Shown: positions 27,118 through 40,789 of the stretch, one piece after another
How the letters are laid out: each line of letters opens with the position of its first letter
Position numbering within the stretch: position 1 is the stretch's first letter
Assembly (NCBI GenBank): GCA_030704615.1
Contig: CM060731.1
Coordinates: 89,466,001-89,530,000 of the forward strand
Source: Takakia lepidozioides
Lineage: Eukaryota; Plantae; Bryophyta
Direction: 5' to 3'
DNA: 64,000 bases
The notes under the pieces: generated by a model
The model's input: the letters and a program-made list of their open reading frames with translations, nothing else
The model's database searches: none
What the model was told of the DNA's origin: nothing
Translations under genes and position numbers: made by a program

Positions 27118-29282
27118 ACCTCAAACATACACGCGCATTTGCAGATGCAATTGTCTCAGACATCTCTCGTCGTGGCTCAGACATTTGCATTCAGCAGGTG
27201 CGTGTGGATATTTGAGGTCTTTACGACTGGATGGTGTTCCGTGACGACTCGAATTGTTTTTTGTGCTGCCATCCCTTATATAATACCATGTGGATCCATC
27301 ACAAAGCTGGGTTTCTCAGATTCTCCACCCTTTTCCACAACTTATGCACGACGGATGCAAGCCGCTATACTTGGTCACATAAACAGTCCCATCGTCCGAT
27401 ACGAAATCTGCAATACACGCCCCCCATGTGCATACGCTTCCACCATTTTCGCGCCCATGTTACCCATGGGTTCCTTTAAACGAACTAAACTTGTGAAGGC
27501 TCTCATGAGGGATGCAGTACGAAGGGGCTAAACGTATCATGACGGATCACAAGCAGATGACGTTATCGACAACAGATGTCCGCATTTTCCATATTTATAA
27601 CATAGAACCAAACCATAAAACGAAGGTTCCCGAAAGCACAACAAGAAGGCAAAAATAGTGGAAGCATATGCACGATGTGGCTCTAGTGCCCAGACAGTCC
27701 TCTCATGTTCAAAGCACACGCTTCATCATCATCATGAACATCGCGCGCAAAGAGGAACAGTTCGCATGCATGGAAACGCCTACCGGCAACATCGGACAAC
27801 AAACAGCCGTCAATAGAGAGCGGCCGGGATTTGGTGGGAAGATCATTGCCATTTTCGCAGCCCTAAAAATGGAGGCTCGGATGGGTTATGGGAATGGACG
27901 GTGGCGATCCTGCCCGTCAGCGGACTGGATGGCAGGGACTGGGCAGCGGACTAGCGAGCAGACTGGCGACTGGCAGACTGCTAGGCAGGCGGATTGGCCA
28001 ACAGCGGACCGGCGGACTGGCAGACTGCTGGGCAGCCGACTGGCCAGCAGCGGAGGACTGGCAGACTGGAGGGCAGCGAACTCATGGGCGGGGGACTGGC
28101 CGCGCGGCGGACGAGAGCGCGGGCGCGGTTGCTGCAGCCGCGCCCACGGCTGGGCGACCGCGCGCAGCGGCGGGCGGGGTGCTGGGGAGCCGGGCGTCCG
28201 TGCGCGGGGCCCACCGGCCATATCGCCCCATTGAAGACCCTATTATCTTAAAATGAGAGGCAGATACAATAGCCCAAAGTCCCTGTGAAAGTATAGAAAG
28301 GTCCAAAAGGCTACCAAGCCAAATGAGGCATGAATGAGAAGTTAGGAGTGAAACCAGCACAGCTACAACAAGGAACAATCCAATGAAGGGCTGTCAAAAT
28401 CACATGAAATAGAGAAGAATCAGATTGCAGAAATGATGCACAAGGCACAAGAGGACGAGGCACAGTAATCAAAGCCTTTGAACTTGAGATGATCCGCACT
28501 TATCTAGTGTGGCGGCTGGCCAAGTAAAATATTGTCTCTAATTAAAAATCTCTATAGTACCTCTGCGAGGAAGCCAGTGGGAAGAAGCCTCGTGGCAGTG
28601 GTTATCCGTTCCAAGTCCAATTGGAGAAAATAGAAAAACTTCGACAGTGAAATCTGGTGCCTGGAACTCTGTAGGTAAGCGTTGGAATTCTTGTTGGATC
28701 TGTGGAGAATCCAAGTGGAGTTGAGAATGTGGCAGGTATCAGCAGAGGTTTGTGGTAAATGTGCAGCTGCTGCCTGCACCATTTAGAGGTGCCTTCGCGC
28801 GAGCAAGTTTAGCTTCGCAGATTCGGAACTCAAGTTTGATCCTGCACCAAGTGGGACTGGAGTGTCAACATGGGCTTCCATTCGGTGCGTGTGCTGAGTT
28901 TAGATCTTGCTGGAGCTTTTAATTCATATTCTTCTTGGTTAGTGAGGTGGGGGAAGTGCGAGAGGAGGGGAACGATAGGAAAAGTGACACTCTTGTCAGC
29001 GCACTACTTGAGTGTATCAACATAGAAATCACGTGTGATTACCTTTTGATGCAGGAGAAGAGTTGGCACCCCATCACCCATAGTCTGGTGAGAAGGAGAC
29101 GGTAAATGCGATCTTACCTCCTTTCTTCCCACTTTTTTGTGAAGGAAGAGGGAGAGTGGGTGGGCTTTTCTGGTGAGAGAAGAATACATTTTTGTTTGGT
29201 TGTTGTTGCAGCTTACATATCCCGTGGCTAGAGGGAGAGACCAGCTTTATGTTGATGCTAAAGAGGGGCTGTGGATGAGTGA

Positions 29283-32200
29283 ATGCAGGCCTCTCTTGGA
29301 GCGGGTCAGAATGGCTCTCTGACAATAATGTCCATGTCGGCACCGCCCTTCGAGAATTCCCGGGGTGCATCTTCGTCTATGGTTTCAATACCTGTTTTCA
29401 AAGGCCTCGGGCATAATTCCTTACTCGCACATTGTGGTCACGATAGTGGTGGCACATTTTTGGCAGGGGCCATGTCTTTCCGACAAGACTCCACGCGTCC
29501 GTGGAGGGTATCTAAGGTTTCGTCAGGAAGGTCGGGGGTTTCTGTTGTAGCTATGTCGGAAGATCCGGCTTCCATCCCCCCTCTCATCGAAATGCCACTG
29601 ATAAATTACATCAATCAACAAGGTCGTATTCAACCTCCGGTTGAGAAGAATACTGCAGCGAGCATCTTTGCAGTATTTGACCAAAACAAGAAGATTCAGG
29701 TGAATGTTGCCATTTTGTAGTTCTGTATTTGTTCTTCGTGCCAATTGTGGACTTTCTCCCTTCTCAGCGGCAGTCCTGGCGGAAACACTGGCGAGTCTGA
29801 CCATGAAAGAAGAATGCAGGCATGTTTCATCAATTTTTTGCTTGTATCTCTGCCTCTAGCAGTATTTAAGCTGTTGCCTGAATGCAGTACTTGGGAATGA
29901 ACCAGAAAATGGAGGTGTGTGGTCTGTGGATGTCCGCTGTTGAATTTGTGCTGCATACATCCAGCATCTAGCGCTCTATCTAACAAGGGCATGGTAACAG
30001 TATGTTGGGTTTTCAAAGGATGTGCGAAACTCTCTTCGGACACTGATGGGTAGGCGCCCAGAACTTTGCCATTATTACAAGCTCTTCAATCTACCAACCC
30101 TGGATCAGCCAATGATGCTTAGGGTTCGTGCACAGGTGACTTTCCCACCCCTTTCATCCCCCTTTCCCCATGGTTTATCTTATTAGTTTCCTCAAAATGC
30201 TCCCTACTGTAGGGCCACCTTGTGTCACATTTGTACTGGCTAGAGGGCAAGAACCTACCCTCTTCTCATTTAATAAGACAGCTGGGAAAGCCCAGTCACC
30301 GGTGTCTCAATTGTGTTACCGTAGGGGCTTACATCAGCTGCATTGGAAACAATATCTGTAGGATGATTTCAATGGCAGCCTGTTAGTAACCCTTGTCCAA
30401 GCCTGTAATTGGAGCCTTTTTTTTGCTGTGCTCTTAAACAAACAATCTCAGGTTGACTTTCATCCCTCAAGCCCAAACCTTGCTTTGGAAGGTTGGTACC
30501 CCCCGGAACTAGAGTATCGCAGGTCCTAGCCTTACCACTTACGCTCATGCTCTGAAAACTTGATACTGTTTATGTAGGATAATATAATACCCTTATAGCA
30601 AAGTTATTGGACTGAATGCAACGTCAGGATAGCTTCTACAAAACACTGTTACTAAGTTTTTCGGTGGCTTTACAGCAAATGTATAACTAGCTTTACTTGC
30701 TGTAGCTTTATGTGAATTTGGGAGACAGATTGGAGTAGGGATTTGTAGTTTCTTGGGTGAGGAATTTTCCCAGTGAGACAGCACAATGACATGGCAGTGG
30801 ATATCGGAGCTTGGTCTGTCACCACCTGGCAATGCAGACCCATATCAGAGAGCTAAATGGGAACAGCCTGTTGATGCTGGCTCTATTTCTGAAAGAGGAA
30901 GAGCTGCTGCTGCATCTGCCAAGGCCAAAGCTTCACTCCAAATGATATCTGATCGAGGTCTCAAGGAAGAGGTCGGCTTCTTTCCCCTCTCACATATGAG
31001 CACACTCTCTTACATACAATAGAAAGACATCATTCTAACCCCTGGTCAACAAATGGTATACGTGGGAGCTGATCAATGGTTATACAGCTGGACTTTGTGG
31101 ATCATAAGAGTGAGGTCTTCTGATTCTGGATAGGGTAATGTGGTCCATGGATGCAGATGGTGTATGACCCCGCACTCTTGGAAACTGGTAAATGTGACAT
31201 TTTGCCGGTAAGTTTCTCTTTCCTCTTGTTGCCCGCTTGGGGTCCCTAACTATTCTTCCACGTAACTCTTGTGAACAACTGTTGAAACCAAAAGAAAGAT
31301 CATTATTCAATGCAGGTTTGCTGTCCTACCTAGTGTATCTTGCTGATCATTAAGGTGTTTTACCTTCATGTTGTTGCAGACTAAGGAGCAGTCAAGCCAG
31401 GAATTATCAGATGCAGCCCAGGTACTTGCCGAGGCAGCAGCCCGTAGAAAGACGGCCACAGTGCAAACGCCTGCTGGTGCTGAAGTGACGTTTGAAATCT
31501 TTTTTGAGAATAAAATCAGAACCAATGGAGGGTGGATGTATGATATTCTGGTGAGCAAAGACGACAAGGAAACAAGGTATAGGGCTGTCCCACACGCCTT
31601 CCCTCTGTCCTTGTCCTTGTGTGAAGAAGAGAGGTTGACAAAATTGAGGACCAGAACATAGAGAGAAAAATGGAGTGTGTGTGTCGGTGCTTTTTTTTTT
31701 TCCTTCTCTTGCTATACTCAGAGACAAGTACAACTTGTATACTAGGAAAATCTTGCATTTACCTTGCCGGAGCTTGTTTGTATTTGTAGGCATCGAATTG
31801 TATGTGGGCGGATCTATCCTGAGGCAGTCAACATGCCTGAGGACACCTTTTTGGAAAAGGTGGTTGCGTTTTTGTTGGTGAGTGTGCTTGTGTGCTCCAC
31901 TTTCTAGTTTCTGATGATTTCTCTTCTCTTCCAAATCGGATTGCATCCATGGCCAAAACGCTCTTGATTTTGTGTCTCTCGCTCCCTTCCCCTCTGAGCC
32001 TTGCATTTCCACTATAAGGATTATGCTACATACATTTTCCTTTTTCCTGCTTCGTTTTTGTGTGTGTGCTTGTATTAGTGTCAAATACTGCCTTAGGAGT
32101 CCGACAAGATCAATGCTCCTTGATTGCGCAATTGCTGGGGCACAGTTCAGGCGTAAAGCATCTAGTGACTTATGAATGCTTCATTCATGATCTATATACA

Positions 32201-33264
32201 TCGTTCTTTTTAGCCTCTCATATAGGTGCAATTGATTTGTTGAATTCTACAGCACAAGAAAGTTCCAAGGCACACAGAGGGTTTACTTGCAGGGGGCACG
32301 TTCCCAATAAACTACTTTTCTGTGTCAGAGGTGTCGCAGCAGTTTGATGATTTCAAGACTTGGTTCACAGAAGAGTTACCTGACAGTTACTGGCGATTCA
32401 ACAAAATTCACAAATATGGCTCTTCAGTGGATCCACCCCCTAGGCTTGGGCCTGATGTAAACGTGAGTATTTTGGAGGTCCAGGCATGAAGGATGCAAGA
32501 TGGGGAGAGCAAGAGACATCTGCACCACACTTTTTGTCAAAAACATAGGAAACAGAAATGAGGCGTAATGAGCTGATGATAGATAGTGATCCTGCCTGGG
32601 GTTAGGAACAAGTTTTGGTTTAAACACCCAATTGGAAGGAGAGGCAATCTATCCCTTTAGATCTTAGGCAGACTTTGTCACTCAGTATTTCATTGTCAAG
32701 CCTTGGGTGGAGCTTTCGAAGTATAGATTTGAGTTATCTGCGTGCCATGGCCACAGGGTATGCACGATCGAAACTGAAAAGTCTGAAGAATCACATGCAG
32801 GAAATAGCCTTTAGTACAGCTGACAACTTAATGCTTACAATGACCAACAATGCTAGGAGGCAGGGCCATGTGTTGCAATGCTTGTTTAGATTCACTTGAT
32901 GGCTGTTCTCGCCAATCCTCACCATTATGCACCTTTCATACAATACCAGGAACATGGGTTTTGACTGGACTATCCCTGTTGAGGACACCGAAAGGATGTG
33001 TACCACACGAGCAAATGAACTAACCTTGTTTACTACATGCTTTTGTGCAGTTTGTGTAATAGCAAGGCTTCTAGTTTTTGGAGTGCTGCGAGAAAGTTCT
33101 CCCAGTGTGATGCTATGTTGATGTCATTACATGTAGTGATCTTCAGAGGACGGAAAGGAAGGAATTTTTGTCACCCACACATATACTTACAGGTTGGGAC
33201 CCTTGATTTTCTTGAGAGTGACCAGGTACGTCGGAGTGGTGCAAAGGGAGGTGGGCCCCAGTGA
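29283..33264 (+). CDS. Host gene: plastid-targeted GIY-YIG-like domain protein with C-terminal extension. Exons 29283-29699, 30001-30135, 30798-30971, 31157-31207, 31380-31576, 31790-31877, 32253-32462, plus a tentative last exon from 33193
   Basis: All listed junctions are GT-AG and splice in frame. The product has a Ser/Ala-rich transit peptide, then PLINYINQQGRI...ASIFAVFDQNKKIQ/YVGFSKDVRNSLRTLMGRRPELCHYYK...W...PPGNAD...KWEQPVD. This resembles the cyanobacterial/plastid GIY-YIG-domain family. The 3' end is uncertain. Confidence 0.8.
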
Positions 33265-34753
33265 ATCTCTCTCTCTTGCAAGCAATTGTGTCTTTTCATC
33301 CCCCATGTTCGGACATGCAAAGATCCAGAAGATGATTGGGAGTGTGGGGAGGGGAGTAGGTAAAGAGAGGGCAGCCTTTCCAACGTATGCCGAGATTCCA
33401 GACAATCTGAGTGAGACAGTGAAATAAGAAGGTCTCAGGAAGGGGGCATGACGGTCGATCTCCTCGAGGAGATTTCGAGAAAGATGAAGCCCAAAACCAC
33501 AAGGATGAAGATGGGAGAGCCCAGCAGCAAAATCATCGAGCCTGTACAAGCCCACCCATCACTTATGAGAACATTGTCTTACCCAGTCCCCCACACTGAC
33601 AGCCCCCATCTCTTCTGCAGAGGAGAGACTATGCATCATGTTGAAGTCAATGGAGAAAATGGTCAAAGGACCTTACACCGTGTCAAGGCTCCGATTGGTG
33701 TGTTGTGCTGAGTCATGCCCTCTCACCTCCCCTCTATGTTTTGCCAAAAGAAGAGAGCTCAATGCTGTTTGAGGCTTGTTTATTTTGTTGGCTCTCATGT
33801 AGAGAGAGAGACTTTGCATCATGTTGAAGTCAACGGAGAAAATGTGGTCAAAGGACCTTCCACCGTGTCAAGGCACCGATTGGTGTGTTGTGCTGAGTCA
33901 TGCTCCCTAATCTTACCTTCCTCTTATGTTTTGCCAAAGCCAGAGAGCCCATTGCCTTTTGAGGCTTGTTTTGTTTGTTGGCCCTGCTCAACGGGTAGGG
34001 ACTACGCATCAAGTTGGCCAAAGTGCCCTTAACCTTATATCATGGGTTGTTCCCATGAGATTTAATGGGAACATGAAAGTTTTTAGTTCATACATTTTTA
34101 CGAAGGAGTACAGAAGTATTGTGTTTTCAGCGCTTTAGGTGGACGACTTGCTCATTCTTAGCACAATTGGGCACATGTTACATTCATTTTTTCATTCTTT
34201 TGTTGGCCTTGAGCAGTGACTACATTAGTATGCATGCATATGCAGCATGAAGTACTTTATAACTCGAGTGGGTCCAGCTGGGGACATGTTCATTATGTTT
34301 TTAATGTGTTTTATTCATGGCTGATTGTCTATGTATATTCATCTATTCATAGATCAAATGATAATATGTGTTTATATCCCAAGTGATCACAGGTTCCTCA
34401 TTTCTGTATGTGTCCTCCTCAAGCCCACAATGCCATTTTTTTTCCTCTCATTGCCAAAAAGACAGGTGATAAATTACGAATGAGGACATAACATAATATG
34501 AAGATATATATATACGTAATATGCTATAATAAATAGTACATATATTTTATTATTTTATTTTATTTTTAATGATTTTTAATGATTTTTATTTTTTATTTTT
34601 AAAAATAGCCTAGACCACTGTTGTATTGGTATATAGGCGAAAGACTGATATGTGCGCGGTGTATGCACTGTTATTAAATACGAAATTAGTCAACAACAGG
34701 GCTTAAGTGTATGTCACGCCTTGTTAGCCATACATCATTCCATAAAACTTCAG

Positions 34754-34934
34754 ATATATATATATATATATATGACGCCTCCCGAAGGGAGCGTAATTTT
34801 TGGTGTCTCTTCACCACAAGGGCTACTACCTTCCAGCTGAAAGGTAGACACCTTCATGACACACCAGACCGTGGTTTGAACCCACAACCACATCCAACGT
34901 GGTATGTGCCCATTACCACTGGGCTATATGCTGG
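34754..34934 (-). mobile_element. tRNA-derived SINE-like element
   Basis: The minus strand has an A-box TAGCCCAGTGG (34926-34916) and a B-box GGTTCAAACC (34882-34873) at tRNA-like spacing. A (TA)n tract lies at the 3' end. Confidence 0.6.
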
Positions 34935-36579
34935 TTGTCTTCATATCAGTAAAACAATGGCAAGGCCTCCGTGTATCTCACGCCTTGTTTGTTGTGTTTT
35001 GTAACGTCGTTGAGATCTCCCAAACCGCAAGGCCTCCGCCCGGGGTCTCCCAAACCGTAAGGCCCAAGTGGAGGGCGCTCCTTGAATTGAGGTCGGGTAG
35101 TGTATGAGCATATTCATGCGAGCACAAAGGCATATTCCATATATTCCACAAGAATCCGAAGAATATGCGGCAGCGAAACCAAAATGTGCTCACGCGAAAA
35201 ATAATACGAAACTATCTGAAAACCATGCTCACACGAAAAAACTTATGAAATTAATCGTCCAAAGCTTAGCTTAACTCATGTGAGCACAAAAACCCACAAA
35301 TATATCTGCCAGAACTCAAAGGTCAGCGAACGTAAACAATATGGCATTTGGTAAAACATTGTGTGTAAAACATCCCCAAGAACCACCCAAAAAATGGATT
35401 TCGCTAGCAAAACGCAAACGCATCTTGGGTTTTTGCCAGCAAAACTTGGGTTTCGTCGGCAAAATTGGGGTTTTTTGTTTTTAAAAATTAGGTTTCTCCC
35501 TTTCAAGCTCCTTCTATATGTTTAAAATAATATTTAGACATTATGTAGACCCTATCAATGTAGAAAGACCCTATGTCGTCTATATGTATTTCCGCTGGCA
35601 TACATATCACCCCTATAACTGTGGATCTTGCTCACGCGGCATTTTTTATGTGCTCACGCTGTGTTTATCCCATACCAATCCCCCCTTGAATTCTATGCCC
35701 AGGTCCACCTGTTAACTGACGTGTCACAGTGGTAAACTGACGTATCATAGTGGTAAAGTAACCACTTCCGTTTTGTAGTGGAGACGTGTAAGCCGGTGGT
35801 CCGTGGATGATATTGGAGATTATGTCGACACGTGGCGACACTCTCAGCATGGACACGTGTCGTGTGTCAGAGCTACGAAATGGATGGAGTGAAAAATTCA
35901 ATGACTTCTGAAACCACTTGTTGAATGACCACAAAATGACTCATAGAGTCATTATATGAAAACTGAGAATATACAATATCACTCACAGAGTGGTTATGTG
36001 AGTGGATGACGTCTCTCAGCAGGTCATTGGAATGATTACCCACATAGTGGTGTGTAAGCTATTTGAGTCATTCATGGTGTCTCTCTGAGTGGGAACTATG
36101 GATTGGAGTCATTACTAACAAAGTGGTGTGTAAGTGATTAGGAATACCACTGGAGGAATTCATACCACTAGTACAGTAATATATATGTGACTACTTATAC
36201 CAATATACAAGTGGTAATGTAGGCAATTGTGTGCATTTGGCTACTCCCACAGTTTTAAATTATACCATTATTACAGTGATGTGCAAGTGATTATGAACAT
36301 GACTAGAGGAACACATATCACTATTGTAGTGAAAGAAGTACCATTGGGGATTCAAGCTCCACAAAATAAAATAAAATCCCAGAGAGTAAGTATTAGAACA
36401 TTGTCAACAAAATCCAGCCATGATAAAAGTCTAAGCCTAACTTCTACACGGCGTCTCCGCATGCATGCTAGGAACACTGAACTGCTTTCCTGCCTTCTTC
36501 TCATTGCCAGCAATGTCTATGCCCGGACGAACGAAATTGTAAGCCCTCTTCATGTTCTTCTCTGGCCAGGGCTGCCAGG

Positions 36580-39500
36580 CTCACATTTGATGTAGATGTA
36601 CACCAGGGGAATGTTCAGAATGACATCTAGTACAATTCCAGCTTTGATAATGTCACCATGAACCTCTTTGCCCCTTCCCAAGGTTGCTAGGCTCCCATAT
36701 GCATATTACAAACACAAATGAACATGACCTGGTCTTGCTTCATCCCATCCCACATTATTTGCTCCTAGGTTTCCAAAGCCTTAATCCCATACCCATACTG
36801 CACATACCTTGCAATCATGGCACTCCAAAAGACCACATCTCGTTCAGCCACCTCTCTTGATCCACTTTCAGAAGCTGAGTTGAATTCTGCATGGGTGATA
36901 AGTAGGGTTGGGTGTTTGCTGGAACAATTGTAGGCTGTCATTGTCAGCCGCTAGCAGCAACGGAAGGATGTATGCATGATTTGTGCAGAGCTTGGATAGC
37001 TGAGGGAGCAGGGGTAGAGTCTGGCCGGTCCAGATTCATCCAAGAGGGCGGGACTTCAAGCTCACGATTACTTATAATTCCCTGTGGATCAATAGCTGCA
37101 AGAAACCTGTATGGGTAGATGGTCAACTGGAAGCCGCAACAGCAGCGGCACAATTGATAAAATCAGGCACTGCTAATGAAGGCACCTTCTTCAACACATT
37201 TTCATCCTGTTTTTCCCTCTTATCAGAATTGGCCCTAAATTTTCATGTTGAATTTTGCAAGTTAGTTGGTTGAGTGAACCTTTGATAGTTTGGAGTGACT
37301 TTGACATGGTACAGCCAATGTGACAACAAGGAAGTATCCAGTTCTAAACAGGTAACAGCTGAGACGAGGAGAAGCTGTGGAATGAATACTTTTCTGACCC
37401 CAGTCAATGGTGGGACAATCGAGGCAAAAAGGTGAATGCCTGTTGGATTACAGAGAGTAGCAGATGCAATTGACCATAGTGATAAGTTAAGTTGGGTGTT
37501 CCCTAGAACAATCTAGGTTGTCCTCAGGTGCTAGCAGCAAGGCAAGGCTGTATGCATGATTTGTGCAGCGGCATGTATAGCTGAAGGAGCAGGGATAGAG
37601 TCTGGGTCCAGATTCATCCAAGAGGGCCGGACTTCAAGCTCCAGATTACCTATGATTCCATGTGGATCAATAGCTACAAGAAACCTGCTGCATAGATAGA
37701 TGGTCAACTAAAGGTAGCAGCTGCAGCGGCACAGTTGATAAAATCAGGCACCTCAACCATGACCACATGCATCTCAGGGCCAAGTCTGATGAGAGGGCAA
37801 AACAGGCTGAAACGTGCCCTCACCACATTGTCCTTGACCCATGGAGGATTTGACCGACCATCAACCCAAAATGACCTCTTGTGCGTGTTGTTTGTCTGTA
37901 GTCAGGTAATGTCGGATTGGTCTGTGAGAACCACCACGGCCAGCTGAGCAGGGAGAGATTGAAACACGGCTTGCTAAGACCTGCAAGCTGACTCTCCCAA
38001 TAACCTTGTAAACATTAGAAAGAATACCAAATCATGGTACTCACAGATACAAAGAGCCCACCTTTGCAGGATAGATGAACTTCTTCACATCGTACATTAA
38101 GAAAAGCCACACTTGGTGATTGCGGTTGTCCCACCATCGTGAAGGATCGGTATAAAACTCATGCAACCTCACATCACAAATGAGCTAACTTGCGGATTCT
38201 ACATGAAAATTTAGGGACTACTCTGGTAACAGGGAAAAACAGGGTGAAATGTGTTGAAGAATACACCTTCATGCCGCGCGTTCAGCCATCTCCACATTGC
38301 CATGGATTCTGCAAGCACCAAGCAAGGCCTTCATTTTGCAAACATGTCAACCTCTTTCCCTTTTTCCAGAGCTGCCAGGCAGTGTTCAGAATGACATTAG
38401 GTACAATTTCCAGCTTTGAACAAGGCACGGCCTGCTAAGACCAAGCTAACTCTCTCTCTTGCACCAACGAGCTAACTTACAGATTTCAATATGCATATCA
38501 GGCCCGAGTCTGAAAAGAGGGCAAACAGGCTGAAATAGGTTGAAGAAGAAGGGCCCTCACGGCCTGCTAAGACCAACCTGACTCTCTCTCTAGCACCAAC
38601 AAGCTAACTTACAGAATTCAATATGCATATCAGGCCCGAGTCTGATAAGAGGGCAAAAGTGGCTGAAATAGGTTGAAGAAGAAGGTGCCCTCACGGACTG
38701 CTAAGGCCAACCTGACTCTCTCTCTTGCACCAATGAGCTAACTTAACAGAATTCAATATGCATATTAGGCCTGAGTTTGATAAAAGGGCAAAACAGGCTG
38801 AAATAGGTTGAAAAAGAAGGTGCCCTCACGCCCTGCTAAGACCAAGCTGACTCTCTCTCTTGCACCAACGAGCTAACTTACAGAATTCAATATGCATATC
38901 AGGTCCGAGTCTGATAAGAGGGCAAAACAGGCTGAAAAAGGTTGAATCAGGAAATGAATCAGCGGGCTGCTAAGACCAAGCTGATTCTCCCAAGAACCTT
39001 GTAAACATCAGGAAGAATATCGTACTAACATGAGCCAAAAGCCCACATTTGCAGGATGGACAAACTTCTTCACATCCTACATTAAGGAAAAGCCACACTG
39101 TAGTGTGAAAAAGAAGGGGCATGAAACCCTTCTGGTAAACTATAGTTAACTGTTTCTTGAGCAGTGATCCATGGCCCTGCCCTATGACATCAACCTACTT
39201 GCTCTTTCTAAAATGACTCAAACCCTACTTAATTCATTCTAAATCTATTTATGACCAGAGACTTTAACCCTTATCCACGCCGCAGCGGAAGAGAAACATG
39301 GACAAGGCTGAGGTTATCTAAATTGTTATTGGGTCTCTTTAGTGAACAGATCATCATATATGCCAGGGTTCTTCTTCCCTACAGATGTCATCATTGGAAA
39401 ATCACAGGGTGTACATTCTGATCCTTATATAGATTCAGATCCTATCCACATTGTAAACATATCAGAGATACCCCACTGACCCATACTTGGACTAGGTAAG

Positions 39501-40470
39501 TGATGCAGAAATATGTGTGCCACTTACTCTACTGTAAACCAGAATGCAGAGGCCCTAGTTTCTACACATGAGCTCTCATTTTCCTTCTTTATTAATACTA
39601 CAGCTATCTAAGAAACAGATCCCTTTGGCATGACATTGCTACCCCCCTTCATATCCTGCCCATGGATTGTACACTGATGCATGGTGTTTTGACATCATTC
39701 ACATCTACTTAAATGAAAATGCAAAACCCTAGCTTCTCTATTTCAGATTTCTCTTCTCTTCCCTTTGCATGAAAGGGGCATGATATCACAGAGCCCCCAC
39801 TTTTAACTCCCCTTAAAACTGCATTTTAACTATTTGAAAACCCTGATGCCCCACTGATTGTAGATCTCAGTCTATGAATGTTCCTAAGCTGATTGATACA
39901 AGCAGTAGGGAACAAATGCATGCCACCTGATATCTTCTTTTAGAAAAGCTACAGCCTACCCCCATAGTAGGTACATTGTCCTCTTCATATGTCATTGGCA
40001 TTCTTCCCCACTATCCTTCATTTGTGTCATCCTTCCAACTAAGTTCAGCAGATGTTCAACAATCCTTTCACACCATCTCTTCACACAAGACATCCCCTAC
40101 TTTAATGATTGTACCGCTGGCATGAGCAACATCTAAAGGCAGTGCACCAGCAATACTTCACCAGCAGAGACACCCATTCCATAGCACTCAAGCACTTTCA
40201 TGACCTCTGTAACAGAATGTTGTTCCTTCTCCCATGAGTATCAAACCCCGCGATCGCGGTTGTCCCACCATTGTGCATGCCTTCATGCCCCGATTCTAGG
40301 GCTTGAGTCCTTGTCTGCCCCCTATCCCACCAACTCCGCTCGTCATTGTACATTGAGAAAAAGCCACACCTTGCGATCGCGGTTGTCCCACCATCGTGCA
40401 CACCTTCATGCCCCGATTCTAGGTCTTGAGTCCATGTCTGTTCCTATCCCACCAGCTCCGCTCGTCGTCT
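36580..40470 (-). pseudogene. Scrambled, duplicated PLS-class PPR / E / DYW gene fragments
   Basis: 36600-36850 on the minus strand reads ERDVVFWSAMIARYVQYGYGIKAL...GSLATLGRGKEVHGDIIKAGIVLDVILNIPLVYIYIKC. An E-domain-like block is duplicated at 36950-37170 and 37530-37750. Degenerate DYW-like ends lie at about 38030-38140, 39030-39100 and 40240-40450. Confidence 0.7.
38428..38995. repeat. ~120-bp tandem repeat (about 4.5 copies)
   Basis: ctgctaagaccaagctgactctctctcttgcaccaacgagctaacttacagaattcaatatgcatatcaggcccgagtctgataagagggc recurs at a period of about 120 bp. It is related in inverted orientation to 37180-37270. Confidence 0.9.
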
Positions 40471-40789
40471 CTCATGATCAGACTCGACACTATAAGAAAA
40501 CAAACATAGCTCTGTCATGTTTGTCTTTCATGATCAAACTCGACACAAAGAAAACAAACAGATGCCACAATGGCAGGGAAGACAAAAAAAATGCTAAGTC
40601 CCCTCACTCATGACTGGATGGATGAATGAAGCAATAGATGGATGGATTTTGGGTTTTCCATCAACATACAAACCACTAAAGTTTTTCACCACAGAAGTAA
40701 TACCAATCCAACTTTCTGGACGGCTAGAGGCTCTCATATTAATTTGTGGAATTCTTCTACACACCCCGGCGACTAGAGGTGTGTATGTA

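Noticed and set aside
39150-40190. Possible decayed transposase or LINE fragment
   Set aside because: The composition looks coding-like, but I could not identify any motif in any frame.
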